64,000 bases of DNA from Bacillota bacterium (GCA_963666425.2 OY762825.2:1600001-1664000); one strand, 5' to 3'. Shown: positions 40,950-52,037, counted from the first letter of the stretch. Notes: generated from the sequence alone by a model not told the origin. Numbers and translations: made by a program.

Positions 40950-43176
40950 ACTGGCAAAGTATTTAAAACCCTTTCTGCTTAGTTTGGTTTTGGCCATTCT
41001 GTTGTTATTCGGTCAAGCCACATCTGACTTAAATTTACCCAATTATATGTCGGACATCGTCAATGTTGGCATCCAGCAGAACGGCATTGAACACGCTGCT
41101 CCTGACGCGATCAGTCCGGCCGGTCTGAAGCTGATGACCACCTTTATGGTCGAAACTGAAAAAACACTGGTCAACGAGAATTATACCTTGGTCTCTTCTG
41201 CCGATCAAAATCCGGCTGGCGAAACCTATCTCGCCCTCTATCCCAAAGCCGGTACGCAGCTCTACATCAAAAAAGCTGCCGATCAAAGCACAAATGAGTC
41301 TTTGGACAACGCCTTTGGTGCTTCTACCTGGACCTTAATCAATGTTATGAAAGATTTATCGGCCAAACCCGGTGCTGTGACTGCAGTCGGCAGCTCAACT
41401 GATCTCAAAAACGTTGATATTACAAAACTTTACCTCATGCAGCCGATGCTGAACAATTTACCGCAATCCGTCATCACTGCCGCCCATGAGAAAGCGCTCG
41501 GCAGCGATGCTTCTATTCTAAAGCAAAGCGGCGTGCTGCTCGCCAAGATTTTCTATACCGAAATCGGCGCCGATGCAGGTGCCATGCAGAATGCTTATAT
41601 CGTCCGCATCGGGTTGCTGATGCTGCTGATTGCTTTCCTGGGAGGCGCAGCCAGTATCTTAGTCAGTTTATTGTCTTCCAGAATTGCCGCCGGTGTGGCG
41701 CGAAATCTACGCAGAGATGTTTTCAATAAAATCCAAGATTTCTCCAACAATGAATTCGATCATTTCTCGACCGCATCTCTGATTACACGCTGTACCAACG
41801 ATATTACGCAAATTCAGCAGTTGCTGATGATGGGAATCCGTATCATCTGTTATGCGCCCATCATGGGCATCGGCGGTGTGATGATGGCGATCAGCAAATC
41901 ATCCTCGATGAGTTGGATCATTGCCGTGGCGGTGACGACCCTGGTGGGCATGATTATGGTGATCACCTCCATCGCTTTGCCGAAATTCAAGATCATACAA
42001 AAATTAGTCGATCGCTTGAATCTTGTTTCCAGAGAAAACCTCAGTGGGATGATGGTCATCCGCGCTTTTGGCACCCAAGCCTATGAAGAGCAGCGTTTTG
42101 AGGCAGCCAATCAGGACTTGACCGCAACCAATCTCTTCGTCAACCGGATTATGGTGTTTATGATGCCAGCAATGATGCTGATTATGAACGCAACCACGCT
42201 GATGATCGTCTGGGTTGGAGCGCACCAAATCGCCGATTCCAGTATGCAGGTAGGTGATATGATGGCATTTATGCAGTATGCCATGCAGATCCTTATGTCT
42301 TTCCTGATGATTTCCATGATGTTTATTTTTGTGCCACGGGCCGCCGTCTCCGCCGACCGGATCGCGGAAGTCTTGGAAACTAAAAATTCCGTGCTGGATC
42401 TGCCAAATCCCAGCGGTTTTGATCCGGAGAAAAAAGGCTTAGTCGAGTTCAAAAAGGTTCATTTCCGCTATCGCAATGCCGAAGAAGACGCTCTGGAAGA
42501 TATTTCGTTTACGGCAAAGCCAGGCGAAACAACGGCGATCATCGGTTCGACCGGCTCCGGTAAATCGACCATTGCCAATCTGATCCTGCGTTTTTACGAT
42601 GTGACAGCAGGGCAAATCTGCGTGGATGGTGCCGATCTGCGCCAAGTCAGACAAAAAGAGCTGCGCGCCAAAATCGGCTATGTCCCACAGGAGGGCGTGT
42701 TGTTTTCCGGCACGATTGCCTCTAATTTAAGGTATGCCAAAAAAGATGCCTCCGAACAGGAGATTGAAACTGCGGCAAAAATAGCCCAAGCCCTGGATTT
42801 TGTGACAGAAAAACCGGAAGGTTTCGACTCAGCCATCTCCCAAGGCGGTTCGAATGTTTCCGGCGGACAAAAACAGAGATTATCGATTGCACGGGCGCTG
42901 GTGAAAGAACCGGAGATATTCATCTTTGACGATAGCTTCTCGGCTTTAGACTTCAAAACGGATGCGTCACTCCGCAAGGCGCTGAAACAATATACAGGCA
43001 ATAGTACGGTCATCGTCATCGCACAAAGAGTCAGCACAATTATGAATGCGGAGCAAATCATCGTGCTGGATGACGGTAAAATTGTGGGCAGCGGCACCCA
43101 TCAGGAATTGTTAAAAACCTGTCCGCAATATCTGGAAATTGCTTCGTCGCAATTGTCAAAGGAGGAATTGGAATGA
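40942..43176 (+). CDS. Heterodimeric ABC exporter subunit A (TMD+NBD)
   Basis: GSTGSGKST, VSGGQKQR, degenerate Walker B FDDS; large extracellular insertion. Confidence 0.92.
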   Translation: MIKLAKYLKPFLLSLVLAILLLFGQATSDLNLPNYMSDIVNVGIQQNGIEHAAPDAISPAGLKLMTTFMVETEKTLVNENYTLVSSADQNPAGETYLALYPKAGTQLYIKKAADQSTNESLDNAFGASTWTLINVMKDLSAKPGAVTAVGSSTDLKNVDITKLYLMQPMLNNLPQSVITAAHEKALGSDASILKQSGVLLAKIFYTEIGADAGAMQNAYIVRIGLLMLLIAFLGGAASILVSLLSSRIAAGVARNLRRDVFNKIQDFSNNEFDHFSTASLITRCTNDITQIQQLLMMGIRIICYAPIMGIGGVMMAISKSSSMSWIIAVAVTTLVGMIMVITSIALPKFKIIQKLVDRLNLVSRENLSGMMVIRAFGTQAYEEQRFEAANQDLTATNLFVNRIMVFMMPAMMLIMNATTLMIVWVGAHQIADSSMQVGDMMAFMQYAMQILMSFLMISMMFIFVPRAAVSADRIAEVLETKNSVLDLPNPSGFDPEKKGLVEFKKVHFRYRNAEEDALEDISFTAKPGETTAIIGSTGSGKSTIANLILRFYDVTAGQICVDGADLRQVRQKELRAKIGYVPQEGVLFSGTIASNLRYAKKDASEQEIETAAKIAQALDFVTEKPEGFDSAISQGGSNVSGGQKQRLSIARALVKEPEIFIFDDSFSALDFKTDASLRKALKQYTGNSTVIVIAQRVSTIMNAEQIIVLDDGKIVGSGTHQELLKTCPQYLEIASSQLSKEELE

Positions 43177-45086
43177 GCCAGGAGAACAACAGCAAACCGG
43201 CAGCACCGGTACTGCCACGCAGAGGCGGCGGACCGGGCGGCATGCATGGAGCCATCGGGACCGGAGAAAAAGCCAAAGACTTTAAAGGTTCATTTCTCAA
43301 ACTGATCGGTTATGTGGCAGGTCATAAATGGAAAATTCTCTTTGCCTGGACCCTGGCGATCGCCTCGACGGTCTTTACGATTTTAGGTCCGAAGATTTTG
43401 GGAAAAGCCACCGATGAACTCTTTACCGGCATCATGAGTAAAATTGCCGGCACTGGCGGCATCAACTTTACTAAGATCGGCGAAATCATCCTTTGGGTAG
43501 CCGGTTTGTATGGTATCAGTTCGATTCTCTCCTATTTGCAGGGTTTCGTCATGTCCGCTGTCACCGCTAAGGTGACGCTGCGCTTAAGAAGCAATATCAA
43601 CCAGAAAATGCATCATCTGCCGCTCGGATATTATGATAAAGTGACCCATGGTGAGGTTTTGAGCAGAATCACCAATGATGTGGACACGATCAGCCAAACG
43701 TTGAATCAGAGTATGACCCAGATCATTACCTCGGTCACCTCTCTGCTTGGCATTGGCATCATGATGTTCTCGATCAATTGGCAGCTCACCCTCACAGCGC
43801 TCTGCGTGATTCCCGTCAGCGTGCTGGTTGTTGTTCTGATTGCGACAAAATCACAAAAACACTTTCGCAATCAGCAAATGTTTTTAGGCAATGTCAACGG
43901 GCATGTGGAAGAAATGCTGAGCAGCCATGTTGTGGTCAAAGCTTTTAACGGTGAAGAAGATTCTTCGAAGGCCTTCGGTGAATTCAACGATTCGCTTTAC
44001 AAATCCGCCTGGAAAGCAAATTTCCTTTCGGGACTGATGATGCCAATGACCAACTTTATCGGTAATATCGCTTATGTTGCCATCTGTATTTTAGGCGGTT
44101 ATTTTACCGCCAACGGTTCGATGACCGTGGGTGGCATTCAAGCCTTTATTCAGTATGTGCGCTCGTTTACCCAACCGATTGCACAAATTGCCAGCATTTC
44201 CAATGTACTGCAGCAGACAGTAGCCGCTGCAGAGCGTGTCTTTGAATTTCTGGGAGAGCCGGAAGAAGTAAAGGAAGACGCGAATGCCCTGTCGGTGAAT
44301 GCGGACACCTCCCTGCCCGATACCGCTACGCTGCTGCATATCGGCGGGCACATTCAATTTGAACATGTCTCCTTTCATTATGCGGCAGAAAAACCAATCA
44401 TTCGGGATTTTAACGCCGAAGTAAAACCCGGACAAAAAATCGCCATTGTTGGTCCGACCGGCGCCGGTAAAACCACGATTGTCAAGCTGTTAATGCGTTT
44501 TTACGACGTCAACAGTGGTGCCATTACGATTGACGGTCACGATATCCGCATCTTCAAGCGCAATCAGCTGCGTTCCCTCTTTGGCATGGTACTGCAGGAT
44601 ACCTGGCTGTTCAATGGTACAATCGAGGAAAATATCCGTTACGGCCGGCTCGGTGCGACTGATGAGGAAGTGAAAAGCGCAGCCAAAGCGGCTCAGGTCG
44701 ATCATTTTGTGCGAACCCTGCCCGAAGGGTATCATATGGTGCTCAACGAAGAGGCCAATAATATTTCACAAGGTCAGAAACAATTGCTGACCATTGCCAG
44801 AGCAATCTTAGCGGATCCGGAAATTTTGATTCTTGACGAAGCCACCAGCAGCGTGGATACCCGCACTGAGGTGTTGATTCAAAAAGCGATGGATAATCTG
44901 ATGCGCGGCAGAACCAGTTTTATCATTGCCCATCGCTTATCGACCATTCGCAACGCTGATTTGATTTTGGTGATGTCTGAAGGCGATATTGTGGAGCAGG
45001 GTACACATACGGAATTGCTCGCGAAAAACGGCGCCTATGCCAAGCTATATAACAGCCAGTTTGAAGCAAAAGATCAAACTGCTTAA
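43173..45086 (+). CDS. Heterodimeric ABC exporter subunit B (TMD+NBD)
   Basis: GPTGAGKT, ISQGQKQ, LDEATS, AHRLST. Confidence 0.92.
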   Translation: MSQENNSKPAAPVLPRRGGGPGGMHGAIGTGEKAKDFKGSFLKLIGYVAGHKWKILFAWTLAIASTVFTILGPKILGKATDELFTGIMSKIAGTGGINFTKIGEIILWVAGLYGISSILSYLQGFVMSAVTAKVTLRLRSNINQKMHHLPLGYYDKVTHGEVLSRITNDVDTISQTLNQSMTQIITSVTSLLGIGIMMFSINWQLTLTALCVIPVSVLVVVLIATKSQKHFRNQQMFLGNVNGHVEEMLSSHVVVKAFNGEEDSSKAFGEFNDSLYKSAWKANFLSGLMMPMTNFIGNIAYVAICILGGYFTANGSMTVGGIQAFIQYVRSFTQPIAQIASISNVLQQTVAAAERVFEFLGEPEEVKEDANALSVNADTSLPDTATLLHIGGHIQFEHVSFHYAAEKPIIRDFNAEVKPGQKIAIVGPTGAGKTTIVKLLMRFYDVNSGAITIDGHDIRIFKRNQLRSLFGMVLQDTWLFNGTIEENIRYGRLGATDEEVKSAAKAAQVDHFVRTLPEGYHMVLNEEANNISQGQKQLLTIARAILADPEILILDEATSSVDTRTEVLIQKAMDNLMRGRTSFIIAHRLSTIRNADLILVMSEGDIVEQGTHTELLAKNGAYAKLYNSQFEAKDQTA

Positions 45087-45166
45087 TCTGTCACATTAAA
45101 AAAAACGGTCTGTCTTGTGGTTTTCAGCCACTTGACAGATCGTTTTTCATTGCGAACAGAGGCTGG

Positions 45167-46333
45167 TTAGGCATCACCCTCTGCGGCTACTTCAAAGGTA
45201 TTGGGATCCGGCAGCTTCCAGGATTGATAGAGTGAACAGAGACAAATTGCACTGCCGGTAATAAAGGTCAGTCTGGGATCGATCTTCCAGAGCATACTGC
45301 CCACGATGGGAGCCAACACACCGGAGATATGGTTGATGGTAGAACCCATCGCCAGGGAAGGCGCAATATCGGACTGCGGTGCGATTTTGGAAAGAAAGGT
45401 GGTGATTGCCACTTCAAAGCCCAGAAAAACATTGTCGACAATAAAGATCACATAAAGGAAAGCGACATTGCCGATAAAGGCATAGCCCAAAAAGAGCAGA
45501 GCGACAATGGTATAATTAAAGGTCAGCGCTTTGCCTTCACCCCAACGATCAATCACCTTACCCAACAAAGGCCGGGTAAAGATGGCAGCGATATTGGCAA
45601 TCAGCATCAATGTAGCAATTGTAGTCACCGGCACATTGTAAAGAGAAACCAGGGCGAGGGCCGCAAATGTAGAGTTGATATGGCGTCTGGCACCGACCAA
45701 CAGCTGCATGATGTAGTAGTTTTTATATTTCCAACGAAAAACATACGATTTACGTACTTTGAGCTTATCATTCGTGCGGCGGGAATAGTAAATGAAGGCG
45801 GCCGCCAGAATACAGGTCAGCATGCCAATCAAGTAAAATTCGCGGAATTTTAAAATGTTGCCCAGACGGCTGACGGCAAAACTTGCCAGCAAAGTACCGC
45901 CGGCTCCGACTGAATTGAGCATACCCAAGCGAGAGGCCTTTTCTTCCGGTTTTGACATATTCAAGACCAACGATTGCTGAGCAGGCGTAAACAGATGGAA
46001 GCCGCAGGAGTAGATGATGGTTGCGACCATATAGATCCCAAAGGTCGTGGACTGCGAATAAAGAAACAAGCCGACGGCTGTAATCAGCACGGTGACGGCA
46101 GTATAGACATTACCGGCCAAATAGGCGGCGGGAATGGCTAAAATTACAGTAATCAAACCGGGCATTTCACGGATGCCTGCCACCAGACCGTATTGCTGAT
46201 CGTTGAGACCCAATTCGTCTACCACGAAGTTCGCATTGATGGCAGTCTGTAAACCCATGCCGATGTTAAACAGCAAGGAGCAAAAAATGATCGTCAGAAA
46301 AGCCTTTCCCCAGCGGGAATAGAGTTTATCCAT
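45167..46333 (-). CDS. MFS transporter
   Basis: About 12 hydrophobic segments, GKVIDRWG motif A-like sequence. Confidence 0.85.
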   Translation of the reverse strand: MDKLYSRWGKAFLTIIFCSLLFNIGMGLQTAINANFVVDELGLNDQQYGLVAGIREMPGLITVILAIPAAYLAGNVYTAVTVLITAVGLFLYSQSTTFGIYMVATIIYSCGFHLFTPAQQSLVLNMSKPEEKASRLGMLNSVGAGGTLLASFAVSRLGNILKFREFYLIGMLTCILAAAFIYYSRRTNDKLKVRKSYVFRWKYKNYYIMQLLVGARRHINSTFAALALVSLYNVPVTTIATLMLIANIAAIFTRPLLGKVIDRWGEGKALTFNYTIVALLFLGYAFIGNVAFLYVIFIVDNVFLGFEVAITTFLSKIAPQSDIAPSLAMGSTINHISGVLAPIVGSMLWKIDPRLTFITGSAICLCSLYQSWKLPDPNTFEVAAEGDA

Positions 46334-46352
46334 GGGAGTTCATCCTCTCAAT

Positions 46353-47810
46353 TTATGCCTCATCCAAGGGCCAGGTATGGATGCGCTGATAGGGATAGCG
46401 CTTTAAATTCGGATTAGCGGCTCCGGGAGCATCCACTTCAATGATGCTGCTCGCCAATGGGGTAAAAGAAGCACGGAAATGCCCGCGGGATTTGATCAGC
46501 AACAAGCGCTGCTGTGTCGGTTCGACCCCCAGATGACGGAAGATATCAGCATCATTGCAGGCAGTTCGGATGGATCCAACCAGAATCTGCACATTGCCCA
46601 CTTCTAAACGCACGCAGCGACCAATGTTCCAGAGATTGCCTCTGCCCATCGGACCGGTTGCGGCAAAAACACCATCGGAAAGGGTTTTGACTTTGGCTGT
46701 TACTGCAATCGGAGCACCGTAAGCCGGCTCGGCTTTGCCGCCGATGGCGAATTCCGCCGTATTGCCTACACCGACCGCAAAGGCTCTTTCTACTGTTTCT
46801 GCATCCCAGATCAGGGCGGCTGCCGTCCTGGGTAAATTTTCTGCGATCATTTCGCGCAGTAATTCCGTGGTATCACCGGAACCACCACCGCCCGGGTTAT
46901 CAGCCACATCAGCCAGCATCACAGGCAGCAACGGATTTTGTGCCAAAAGAGCCTTGGCCTGCGCCATGGCTGTCTTCACATCGGCGATTGGTTTGAGAAA
47001 TTGAGCCCGGATCTGCCAGGCGCGCTCACAAATGGCATCACAGGCAGCCTGCGCCAGCTGATGATCCCGATCGGCGGTGGCAATCACATTGAAACCAGCA
47101 TAAGCTACATCACAGAACGGGAAGCCGCCAAAAACCGAAACATTGATCATGCCGGGTTTCGCTTCCCAAGCTCTCGCCATCGTAAAGAGTTCGACCATGG
47201 GGCCTTCTTCGGTCCGCATATTAATCGTAGGCGGCAGCATGGGGACATGAGCATGCGCAGTCACCGGATTTTTGCGTCCCTGCAGCAGATCCGCCATGCA
47301 TTCCGCCGCTTCTTTGGCTCGCTCGTAGCTGTCAATGTGGGGATTGGTATCAAAACCAAAAATGGCATTGCAGCCTGCGGCCATCTCGGCTGTATTGTTG
47401 CCGTGCAGATCCAGGGTCACGATCAGTGGTTTGTCGCCAATGATTTGGCGCACCGCCGCTACGATATCCCCTTCCGGATCATCGGTCCCTTCCGCCATCA
47501 TGGCGCCATGCATGCAAAGCAGCACGGCATCGGGCAGTTCCTGCCGCATCGGCTGCAGTAAATGCTGCTTCAACCAAGCATAACTCTCTGCATCGGTTGG
47601 TTTGGAGGGTGTGGCACCGGCAAAGAGTGTGGGCAGAATCTGCCAGCCTTCCCGGTCGGCAACTTCCAGGATACCGCCGATGTTGGTCTTCTTACCGCGG
47701 GCATTCTCCAGCATCGCTTGGCCTTCAATGATCCGCCATTCAGACAAGGGTGTGGCTAACGGTGAAAATACATTGGTTTCGTGGCTGATCCCACCGATTG
47801 CTAATTTCAT
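46353..47810 (-). CDS. M81/MlrC family metallopeptidase
   Basis: HETNVFS, HGAM, DLHGN, PHID, DNPGGG, KSRGHFRA. Confidence 0.88.
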   Translation of the reverse strand: MKLAIGGISHETNVFSPLATPLSEWRIIEGQAMLENARGKKTNIGGILEVADREGWQILPTLFAGATPSKPTDAESYAWLKQHLLQPMRQELPDAVLLCMHGAMMAEGTDDPEGDIVAAVRQIIGDKPLIVTLDLHGNNTAEMAAGCNAIFGFDTNPHIDSYERAKEAAECMADLLQGRKNPVTAHAHVPMLPPTINMRTEEGPMVELFTMARAWEAKPGMINVSVFGGFPFCDVAYAGFNVIATADRDHQLAQAACDAICERAWQIRAQFLKPIADVKTAMAQAKALLAQNPLLPVMLADVADNPGGGGSGDTTELLREMIAENLPRTAAALIWDAETVERAFAVGVGNTAEFAIGGKAEPAYGAPIAVTAKVKTLSDGVFAATGPMGRGNLWNIGRCVRLEVGNVQILVGSIRTACNDADIFRHLGVEPTQQRLLLIKSRGHFRASFTPLASSIIEVDAPGAANPNLKRYPYQRIHTWPLDEA

Positions 47811-47931
47811 AAGACAGCCCCCTTTCTACTCTCTTTCTATTTGTAACTAATCTACCCAATCCAGAAGGATTTGTCAAGATATTTCTGCACATGAATGTTT
47901 TTGCTTGAAAATATTCCGTTAAGGGAAGAGA

Positions 47932-48876
47932 CTATATTTTAGCCAGGGATTTGGCCAGGTAAATCCAGAAGAACATGGTCAAAACCGAAAAAAGTGCGGA
48001 AAAGACCACCAAATGGTCGGCTAATTCGCTGTCACCGCCCATTTGCTGCGCCATGGTATAAGAAGAAACTGCGGTTGGCGCACCAAATAGCGCAATCAAG
48101 GTCGCTAAATCCACATCCCGGAACCCCAAAGCCATGGCGATCGGAATAAAGAGGAGCGGTACGAGCAGCAGACGTCCGGTGACGCCCAGAATTAGTTGCT
48201 TCAGATGCGCTTTAACACTGGAAAAATGGAAGGAACCGCCTAAAATGATTAAGGCCAACGGGGTGGCAATTTTAGAGATATCACTGACGGTTTTTTCCAG
48301 GAAGACCGGCAGCTTGAGTCCGGTCAGCAGAAAGACAATACCCAGCACGGAACCGATGATCAGGGGATTTTTTAAAATTTGTTGGGAAATCGTTTTCAGC
48401 GAGGTTTTACCGGAGCGGAAAGTCTCCAAAACAATCACGGCCAGAATGTTAAAAAAGGGCACCACCACAGCGATGACAACCGCCGTCACTGCCGAACCTG
48501 CACTGCCATACAGCGAATTGGCGATTGGTATACCGAAAATAGCGAAGTTGCTGCGATAGATGCCTTGGATCAGCACACCGCGGCGGCGATCCTCCGGCTC
48601 GATTTTGGGAATCAGCAGGAAGAGCAGCAACGTGGTAAGCGCCACAGCACCAAGGGCAAAAGCCAACAATTTAAAATTAAACACCTTGGAAAGATCACCC
48701 GAAGCACCATAAACATTCATAAACAGCATAATGGGCAAAATCCGGTTGAAGGAAAGCCGATTCAATTTCGCCAGAAATTCATCATCAAGAAAATGCGTGA
48801 GTTTGAGCAAATATCCAAACAGCATGGTCAGAAACAAAGGCATGACCACATTAAAAGACAAGATGAAATTATCCAT
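47932..48876 (-). CDS. AEC family transporter
   Basis: RSNFAIFGIP, KNPLI, PTAVSS. Confidence 0.88.
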   Translation of the reverse strand: MDNFILSFNVVMPLFLTMLFGYLLKLTHFLDDEFLAKLNRLSFNRILPIMLFMNVYGASGDLSKVFNFKLLAFALGAVALTTLLLFLLIPKIEPEDRRRGVLIQGIYRSNFAIFGIPIANSLYGSAGSAVTAVVIAVVVPFFNILAVIVLETFRSGKTSLKTISQQILKNPLIIGSVLGIVFLLTGLKLPVFLEKTVSDISKIATPLALIILGGSFHFSSVKAHLKQLILGVTGRLLLVPLLFIPIAMALGFRDVDLATLIALFGAPTAVSSYTMAQQMGGDSELADHLVVFSALFSVLTMFFWIYLAKSLAKI

Positions 48877-49031
48877 TTTACAAGACTCCGTTCCTTTGTT
48901 CTATGCAGGTCAGTTCGATAGGCAATTTTGAATTCCTTTTCCGATATGAGTTATGACATTTCCCTGTAAAAACCCTTTCTGCCCGTCCTTGAAAAAATTT
49001 TGTCTTCGACAGCAAAATGAACGGTTTCTGC

Positions 49032-49062
49032 TTGACATTCACGTTACGTCATGGTTTATATT
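49032..49062 (+). promoter_or_regulatory. MerR-type promoter with a 19-bp spacer
   Basis: TTGACA-N19-TATATT with an ACGT-T-ACGT dyad in the spacer, directly upstream of the MerR gene. Confidence 0.75.
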
Positions 49063-49082
49063 GAGATCAGGAGGTAAGAAAT

Positions 49083-49847
49083 ATGGATTATACCGTGCAT
49101 CAGCTAGCAGAACTAGCGGGGATTTCCAAACGTACCCTGCGCTATTATGAAGATCTTGGTCTGCTGAGCCCTTGTAGAATCAATCATAATCAATATCGCC
49201 GGTATACGAGCGACGATGTGGATTGTTTACAGCAAATTCTTTTTTATAAAACGTTAGGTATCCCGCTTCAGAAGATCAAGGCGCTGTTGACTGCTGCCGG
49301 ATATGATAAAAAAGCTGCGCTGGAAACTCAACTGGCTGAGCTTTACGATCAGAAAGTCCAACTCGATCGCTTAATTGAAAATGTTCGCCAAACCATCGCC
49401 ACTTTGAAAGGAGAAAGCAAAATGCAGGATATCGACAAATTCGAAGGATTGAAACAGAAATTGCTGCAGGAAAATGAAGACAAATATGGGCAAGAGGTAC
49501 GCCAAAAATTCGGGCAGGTTGCGGTAGATGCATCTTATGCCAAAGTCAAAGGTATGTCACAAGAAAAGTACCACCGCATGGAAGAATTGACGCAGGAATT
49601 CAATCAAACCCTGCGAGCGGCTCTGCTTGAAAAAGATCCGGCCGGAGAATTAGCCCAAAAAGCTTGCGCGCTGCACAAGGAATGGCTGCTGCTGTTCTGG
49701 CCGCGGGAAAGCTATACCGGCAAAGCGCATCGGGCGCTGGCCCAGGGTTATCTGGATGACGCGCGCTTTACCGCTTATTATGAGCAAATTGCTCCGGGCA
49801 GCGCTCTCTTCTTACGGGATGCGCTGGAGATCTATTGTAAAAACTAA
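49083..49847 (+). CDS. MerR family regulator (Mta/TipA-like)
   Basis: RTLRYYEDLGLL HTH, TipAS-like C-terminus (YLDDARFTAYY). Confidence 0.9.
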   Translation: MDYTVHQLAELAGISKRTLRYYEDLGLLSPCRINHNQYRRYTSDDVDCLQQILFYKTLGIPLQKIKALLTAAGYDKKAALETQLAELYDQKVQLDRLIENVRQTIATLKGESKMQDIDKFEGLKQKLLQENEDKYGQEVRQKFGQVAVDASYAKVKGMSQEKYHRMEELTQEFNQTLRAALLEKDPAGELAQKACALHKEWLLLFWPRESYTGKAHRALAQGYLDDARFTAYYEQIAPGSALFLRDALEIYCKN

Positions 49848-50118
49848 AAACAAAACAGCCACGGCGGCTGAATTGTACTGCTCCCCATAGCGTAGACACT
49901 CGAGATGAAAAATCCGAGACTACCCGATGGGGAGCGTTTTTGTTTGAAAACTGCTGCGACTGTTGATTTCTGGGCTGCGTTCTGTTCCACCCGAAGAGCG
50001 TCAGAGTAAGCAACAGCGATCGAGTCGGCTTGCCTTGGATCAATGCGCACTTTTCTACAATCAAAAAGCATACTCTTCGTTTTCTACAGAATGATTTCGT
50101 TTCCTTTGCGATCATCGC

Positions 50119-50163
50119 TTGACATATTGTAACTAGTGTATATACTATCAATATACACTAGTT
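50119..50163 (+). promoter_or_regulatory. Promoter with a YtrA/GntR operator
   Basis: TTGACA at 50119; 13-bp inverted repeat aactagtgtatat-N7-atatacactagtt covering the -10 region. Confidence 0.75.
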
Positions 50164-50174
50164 GAAAAAGGCAG

Positions 50175-50558
50175 GTGAATTTTTTGAACATCCTGATCAG
50201 CAACACCGGTAATAAGCCGATCTACGAACAAATCATGGATCAGCTGAAGACGCTGATCCTCAGCGGCGAACTAAAGGAGGGTGACGCACTGCCTTCTATG
50301 CGGCTGCTGGCCAAAGAACTGCGGATCAGCGTGATTACTACCAAGCGCGCCTACGAAGAATTGGAGCGGCAGGGTTTCATCTTTTCCATGCCCGGCAAAG
50401 GCAGCTATGTCGCCGGCCAAAATATGGATTTCATCCGGGAAGAGCATCTGCGTACGCTGGAGAATTATCTGCAAAAGGCAGTGGAGGCGGCTACCCTGTG
50501 TGATATTTCTCTGCAGGATCTGATCGAGACATTGACAGTTATTTATAAAGGAGAGTAA
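50175..50558 (+). CDS. GntR (YtrA subfamily) regulator
   Basis: PIYEQI, LPSMRLLA, RAYEELE, GKGS. Confidence 0.92.
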   Translation: MNFLNILISNTGNKPIYEQIMDQLKTLILSGELKEGDALPSMRLLAKELRISVITTKRAYEELERQGFIFSMPGKGSYVAGQNMDFIREEHLRTLENYLQKAVEAATLCDISLQDLIETLTVIYKGE

Positions 50559-51418
50559 TGCATATCATGCAAGACGCATTGATCATTCGTAACTTAAATA
50601 AACGCTATACCGACTTTGCTTTACAGGACTTATCGCTGACGCTGCCTCGTGGAACGATTATGGGTTTTATCGGCGAAAACGGCGCCGGTAAAAGCACAAC
50701 CATCAAGTTAATCTTGGATCTGATCAAACGGGACAGCGGTGAAATCCTCTTACTTGGACAAGAACCACTGCGTTCTTCCTCCATAATTCGGGAAAAGATC
50801 GGCGTTGTGATGGATGAAATCGGCTTTCCGGAAAACATGAACGCACAGCAAGTCAATCTCATTTTAAAAAACATCTACCAAACCTGGGATACAACACGTT
50901 TTGAGCGTTATCTGGAACAATTCCAGCTACCGGTTCGGAAAAGCATCAAGGAATATTCCCGCGGCATGAAAATGAAGCTGGGCATCGCCGTCGCCCTTTC
51001 ACACGATTCTGAACTCCTGATTCTGGACGAAGCCACCAGCGGGTTGGATCCGATTGTTCGGGAAGAAATCCTGGATGTTTTCCAAGATTTTATTCAGGAT
51101 GAGCAGAAAGCCGTCTTTATCTCCTCGCATATCATCAGCGATTTGGAGAAAATTTGCGATTATATCACCTATATCCACCAAGGCAAGCTGGTTTTCAGCC
51201 AAAACAAAGAAGAGCTGAAAGATCAATACGGAATCCTGCATTGCACAGAAAGCCAATGGCAGGCATTGGATCCAACGCTGGTGCACGGCTTCAGAAAAAA
51301 TAATTTTGGTATGGAAGTATTGGTGCGCCGCGATCTGCTGCAAGGCGATTATGTGGTCGATCCCGCCAGCATCGAGGAAATTATGATTTTCTACGCAAAG
51401 GAGAATTTAAAAAAATGA
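50558..51418 (+). CDS. ABC transporter ATP-binding protein
   Basis: GENGAGKST, YSRGMK, LDEATSGLD. Confidence 0.92.
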   Translation: MHIMQDALIIRNLNKRYTDFALQDLSLTLPRGTIMGFIGENGAGKSTTIKLILDLIKRDSGEILLLGQEPLRSSSIIREKIGVVMDEIGFPENMNAQQVNLILKNIYQTWDTTRFERYLEQFQLPVRKSIKEYSRGMKMKLGIAVALSHDSELLILDEATSGLDPIVREEILDVFQDFIQDEQKAVFISSHIISDLEKICDYITYIHQGKLVFSQNKEELKDQYGILHCTESQWQALDPTLVHGFRKNNFGMEVLVRRDLLQGDYVVDPASIEEIMIFYAKENLKK

Positions 51419-52029
51419 AGGGTTTACTGCTCAAGGATTTGATCAATCTAAAATCTCAGATGAAAATTTTAGGTCTCTTGCTGCTATTTTACATTTTCCT
51501 TGCGTATCAAAACCGTGATCTGGCGTTCTTAAGCGGCATGCTGATGATCTTGTCGGTGATGCTGTCGATTACCAGTATTTCTTTTGATGAACGCGCCAAG
51601 TGGGATAAGTACGCTCTGACCATGCCGCTCAGCCGCCGGCAATTGGTCTTCAGCAAATACATCCTGAATTTACTCTCGATTACGGCCGGTTGCCTGATCA
51701 TTTTTGCCGTCCTGCCTTTGCTGGGCGGGTTTGGTCAGGAGAATTTGCTTATTCTGGCTGCCACCAGCGGTGCGGCACTCCTGATGAACTCCCTCCTGCT
51801 TCCGATTATGTTCAAATTTGGCGTCGAAAAAGGCCGCTATATTTTAGTCATGCTGATCCTGATTCCTTCCGTGCTCACCATGCTGCTGCCGAAATCCATC
51901 CGGTTTGATTTGACTGTGCTGGATCAATTCTCATCCTTGTTGGCAATCGCTTTCTCTCTGCTCGTGATTGGTGCGTTTGCAGTTTCGCTGTTGCTTTCCG
52001 TGAAAATCATGGAAGCGAAAGAATTATAA
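51415..52029 (+). CDS. ABC-2 permease
   Basis: MKGLLLKD, six TMs, coupled to the ATPase gene. Confidence 0.85.
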   Translation: MKGLLLKDLINLKSQMKILGLLLLFYIFLAYQNRDLAFLSGMLMILSVMLSITSISFDERAKWDKYALTMPLSRRQLVFSKYILNLLSITAGCLIIFAVLPLLGGFGQENLLILAATSGAALLMNSLLLPIMFKFGVEKGRYILVMLILIPSVLTMLLPKSIRFDLTVLDQFSSLLAIAFSLLVIGAFAVSLLLSVKIMEAKEL

Positions 52030-52037
52030 AACCTCTG

